In this document: one piece after another, positions 61,801 to 64,000 of the stretch
How the letters are laid out: each line of letters begins with the position of its first letter
Numbering within the stretch: position 1 is the stretch's first letter
Assembly (NCBI GenBank): GCA_049793195.1
Contig: JBARBP010000167.1
Location: 1,576-65,575, forward strand
DNA: 64,000 nt
Source of the DNA: Terracidiphilus sp.
Lineage (GTDB): Bacteria > Acidobacteriota > Terriglobia > Terriglobales > Acidobacteriaceae
Direction: 5' to 3'
Notes under the pieces: generated by a model
What the model was told of the DNA's origin: nothing
The model's input: only the letters and a program-made list of their open reading frames with translations
Database searches by the model: none
Translations under genes and position numbers: made by a program

Positions 61801-62310
61801 ATGCCGGCCTTGAAGCTTGAAATTATGCAGGAGCGCCCCTTCTCCAGCACGGAGGAGGAGGTGCTTCTGAACGTGATGCGCACTTCGGATTTCCTGCATC
61901 GCGCCTTTCACAGCAAGACTCGCGATTGGGGCGTGACGTCGACGCAATACAACGTGCTTCGGATTCTGCGCGGCGCACATCCGCGCGGGCTCACCTGCGC
62001 GGCCATCGGGAGCCGGATGATTACCGCCGAGCCGGATATTACGCGGTTGCTCTCGAGGCTGAAGGGGCTCAAACTTATCCGTCAACAACGCGACCGGCAC
62101 GACCGGCGCGTGGTATGGACTCAGATTTCCGAGGCTGGGCTGGAACTGCTGCGGTCGATGGATCCTGTGATCGAGCGGGCTCCGATTGAGTTGCTGGGAC
62201 ACATGAGCAAGGCGGAGTTGGCGGAGCTGATTCGGCTTCTGGAAGTGGCGCGGAAAAGCGGCGCGGAGATAGCGGCGGGAGAGAGCGGCGACGGGCGGAG
62301 GTCACATTGA
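61801..62310 (+). CDS. MarR-family transcriptional regulator
   Basis: GVTSTQYNVLRILRGAHPRGLTCAAIGSRMITAEPDITRLLSRLKGLKLIRQQRDRHDRRVV (winged HTH). 25 nt after yceI. Confidence 0.85.
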   Translation: MPALKLEIMQERPFSSTEEEVLLNVMRTSDFLHRAFHSKTRDWGVTSTQYNVLRILRGAHPRGLTCAAIGSRMITAEPDITRLLSRLKGLKLIRQQRDRHDRRVVWTQISEAGLELLRSMDPVIERAPIELLGHMSKAELAELIRLLEVARKSGAEIAAGESGDGRRSH

Positions 62311-62616
62311 AGGGAAACGGTCGCCTGGGGGTGGGGCGTCCGCCCTGCGAGCGTGGAGAGATGTTGTGCGAAGAGACACTGACGGGTTGGCGGTGATTCA
62401 TTCAGACCCGTCAAAATACGGAGTTCAAATAGCAAAGCCGACATGTAGGAACTGATTCCGCATTTTGTTCGCTATGTATTTATTTCTAATGCAGTTATAT
62501 ATGGATTGCCTGGGGCGATGGCGGGGTGCTCTATGTTCTCCACGCGCCATTGGGATAATCGGCTCTGCCGAGTGAGCTAACTCTGCAAGCGATCAACGAA
62601 CGCGTTTATTCTTTCC

Positions 62617-62657
62617 TGTGGCAATCCCACATAGGCTATGCAATACTATATGTGGCA
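62617..62657. promoter_or_regulatory. repeat/dyad cluster upstream of the PadR gene (candidate operator)
   Basis: TGTGGCA at 62617-62623 and 62651-62657. Inverted repeat CCACATA (62627-62633) / TATGTGG (62649-62655) with a 15-nt spacer. Ends 21 nt before GTG 62678. Confidence 0.25.
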
Positions 62658-62677
62658 TACGCACAGGAGCCGGAAAA

Positions 62678-63028
62678 GTGGGCGAATCCAAACTTGATCT
62701 TTTACAAGGCACCCTGGACCTAATGGTCCTGCAAACCTTAGCCGCCATTGGCGCGCAACATGGCTACGGCATCGCGCGACGCATCGAGCAGGTCAGCGGA
62801 GACGAAGTCCTGCTGAATCAGGGCACGATCTACGCATCTCTCGTGCGTCTCCAGCAGCGCGGTTGGATCGATGCCGAGTGGGGCACCTCCGACAACAATC
62901 GCAGGGCTAAGTTTTACTCCATCACTCGCAGCGGCCGTAAGCAGCTTGAAAAGGACGCAGCCTACTGGCAGCGATTATCTGACGTGATGGGACGCGTGCT
63001 CGCCATGTCTGCAGAAGGCGACCTTTAA
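62678..63028 (+). CDS. PadR-family transcriptional regulator (acidobacterial type)
   Basis: GTG 62678 with AGGAG 8 nt upstream. GESKLDLLQGTLDLMVLQTLAAIGAQHGYGIARRIEQVSGDEVLLNQGTIYASLVRLQQRGWIDAEWGTSDNNRRAKFYSIT. Confidence 0.85.
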   Translation: MGESKLDLLQGTLDLMVLQTLAAIGAQHGYGIARRIEQVSGDEVLLNQGTIYASLVRLQQRGWIDAEWGTSDNNRRAKFYSITRSGRKQLEKDAAYWQRLSDVMGRVLAMSAEGDL

Positions 63029-64000
63029 TGAGCGCGCTGCTGCGGGCGTTGGCCCGCGTGCGTTCTTTTCTGTCGAAGCCCCCGCTCGACGCCGATCTCG
63101 AGGCTGAGATCGCCTCACACCTCGAAATGGCGATCGAAGAGGACATCCAGCGCGGCCTCACCCCTTTGGAAGCCCGCCGACAGGCACTCATACGCTTCGG
63201 CGGTATCGACTTGGCGAAAGATAAACAACGCGAAGCGCGAGGATTTATGAAACTCGACATTCTTCTCCAGGATCTCCATTACACTATCCGCTCCCTCAGA
63301 CGCGACCGTGGTTTCACTCTCACCGCAATTCTCATTCTCGCCCTCGGCATCGGGGCCAACGTCGCCGTCTTCAGCGTCGTCAATACGCTGCTTCTGCGCC
63401 CGCTGCCCTTTCCCAATTCGCAGCAGCTGGTCTGGATCGCCCCGCCGCCCACCAGGTGTGGCCTCTCCTGCGCTACCTATTCCAGCGACGCCTACGACAC
63501 CTTCCGCGCCAGCACCCATTCCTTTCAGGATGTGACCGGCTACTTCGCCTTCGACACTTCTGACAATCTCAGCCTCAGCGTCGGCGCTGGCGCGCCCATC
63601 CAGGCCACCAGCATCGAGGTGGTCGCCAATTTCTTTCAGCTCCTCGGCGTCCAGCCCGCCATGGGCCGCGCCTTTTCGCTCGACGACGCGCGCAACGGGG
63701 CAGCCCCGGTCATTCTGCTTTCCGATGCGTGGTGGCGTCGCCAGTTCAACGCCGATCCAAACATCATTGGCAAGGCATTCGACATGAACGGCCACCAGAC
63801 CACGGTCGTCGGCGTGCTTCCCAAATCCTTCGACTTCGGTGCGGTCTTCTCGCCTGGTGCAAAGATCGACGCCATTACGCCCCTCAACCTCGACGCTACA
63901 CGGAACGAGGGCAATATCATCACCTTTATCGGCCGCCTGAAGCCCGATGTCTCTCTCGCCCAGGCTCAGCAGGACGCCGCCATCGTGGTGCCCCACATGT
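63028..64000 (+). CDS. FtsX/MacB-type duplicated permease (acidobacterial 'ADOP' family), N-terminal part; 3' end outside window
   Basis: Not in the ORF track (no stop in the window). My own translation from ATG 63028 (TAATG overlap with the PadR stop): MSALLRALARVRSFLSKPPLDADLEAEIASHLEMAIEEDIQRGLTPLEARRQALIRFGG...LQDLHYTIRSLRRDRGFTLTAILILALGIGANVAVFSVVNTLLLRPLPFPNSQQLVWI... Confidence 0.85.
   Translation, partial: MSALLRALARVRSFLSKPPLDADLEAEIASHLEMAIEEDIQRGLTPLEARRQALIRFGGIDLAKDKQREARGFMKLDILLQDLHYTIRSLRRDRGFTLTAILILALGIGANVAVFSVVNTLLLRPLPFPNSQQLVWIAPPPTRCGLSCATYSSDAYDTFRASTHSFQDVTGYFAFDTSDNLSLSVGAGAPIQATSIEVVANFFQLLGVQPAMGRAFSLDDARNGAAPVILLSDAWWRRQFNADPNIIGKAFDMNGHQTTVVGVLPKSFDFGAVFSPGAKIDAITPLNLDATRNEGNIITFIGRLKPDVSLAQAQQDAAIVVPHM

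Noticed and set aside
63115-63996. 293-aa ORF on the minus strand
   Set aside because: It is antisense to the ADOP-type permease reading frame. That frame starts at 63028 and has the characteristic N-terminus. It is missing from the track only because it has no stop inside the window.
1-64000. Scan for tRNA/rRNA/tmRNA/RNase P hallmarks, IS elements, integrases, toxin-antitoxin, restriction-modification or other defence genes
   Set aside because: I found no T-loop-type GGTTCGAATCC contexts. I found no RNase P GAGGAAAGTCC motif. I found no transposase DDE, integrase, nuclease, helicase or methyltransferase motifs. This was a visual scan only, so tRNAscan-SE, Infernal and a defence-system finder should be run to confirm the absence.

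Overview
The window reads as GC-rich chromosomal DNA, most likely from an Acidobacteriota (Terriglobia/Acidobacteriaceae-like) genome. That placement is inferred from a PadR + FtsX-type 'ADOP' permease pair, a BlaI/BlaR1-type module, a GH79 lipoprotein and many TAT-exported enzymes. I support about 52 protein-coding genes. I recognised no rRNA, tRNA, CRISPR array, transposase or integrase.

Gene blocks in order:
1. 2-8598: co-directional CoA-dependent catabolic cluster. It contains a thiolase fragment, a family-III CoA-transferase, an SDR, DUF35, an MHS transporter, an FAH-family enzyme, and an alpha/beta-hydrolase / amidohydrolase / alpha/beta-hydrolase trio.
2. 8947-13863: an orphan TPR + Fis-type-HTH regulator, adenylate kinase, and a TAT-exported internally duplicated hydrolase.
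3. 14210-16871: LysR regulator with the scoAB CoA-transferase.
4. 17058-26352: LacI, a 1134-aa DUF5107-like/TPR protein, a sugar porter and a TAT-DUF362 protein, facing a TAT-lipoprotein GH79.
5. 26964-40336: a 13.4-kb Wzx/Wzy-type exopolysaccharide locus. It encodes a priming transferase, a GT26, a PCP/BY-kinase, a Wza-like exporter, four further GTs, a polymerase and a GT2-flippase fusion.
6. 40354-43760: TetR, a degenerate stand-alone receiver, about 0.9 kb with no convincing gene but a 31-32-bp periodic repeat array, and a small secreted protein.
7. 43762-47464: a BlaI - M56(BlaR1-like) - HtrA operon.
8. 47977-61056: an atypical SDR - RraA-like aldolase - IlvD/Edd dehydratase - XdhC - MocA operon. 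It converges on an MFS - TAT-exported PaoABC-like molybdo-flavoenzyme - cytochrome b - unknown helical protein operon, with an unusual IscU-like gene between them.
9. 61188-64000: YceI-MarR and PadR-ADOP.

Strongest candidates for something undescribed:
- The Pao-like periplasmic molybdoenzyme wired to a membrane cytochrome b, together with the adjacent sugar-acid genes (a system-level hypothesis).
- The GT2-Wzx fusion.
- The repeat array at 41948-42157.
- The four-segment GGTAC leader upstream of the EPS locus.
- A 17-nt identical translation-initiation region shared by htrA and the secreted hypothetical gene.

Limits: all family calls come from motif recognition by eye. No searches or computations were run. 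Start codons are best guesses.
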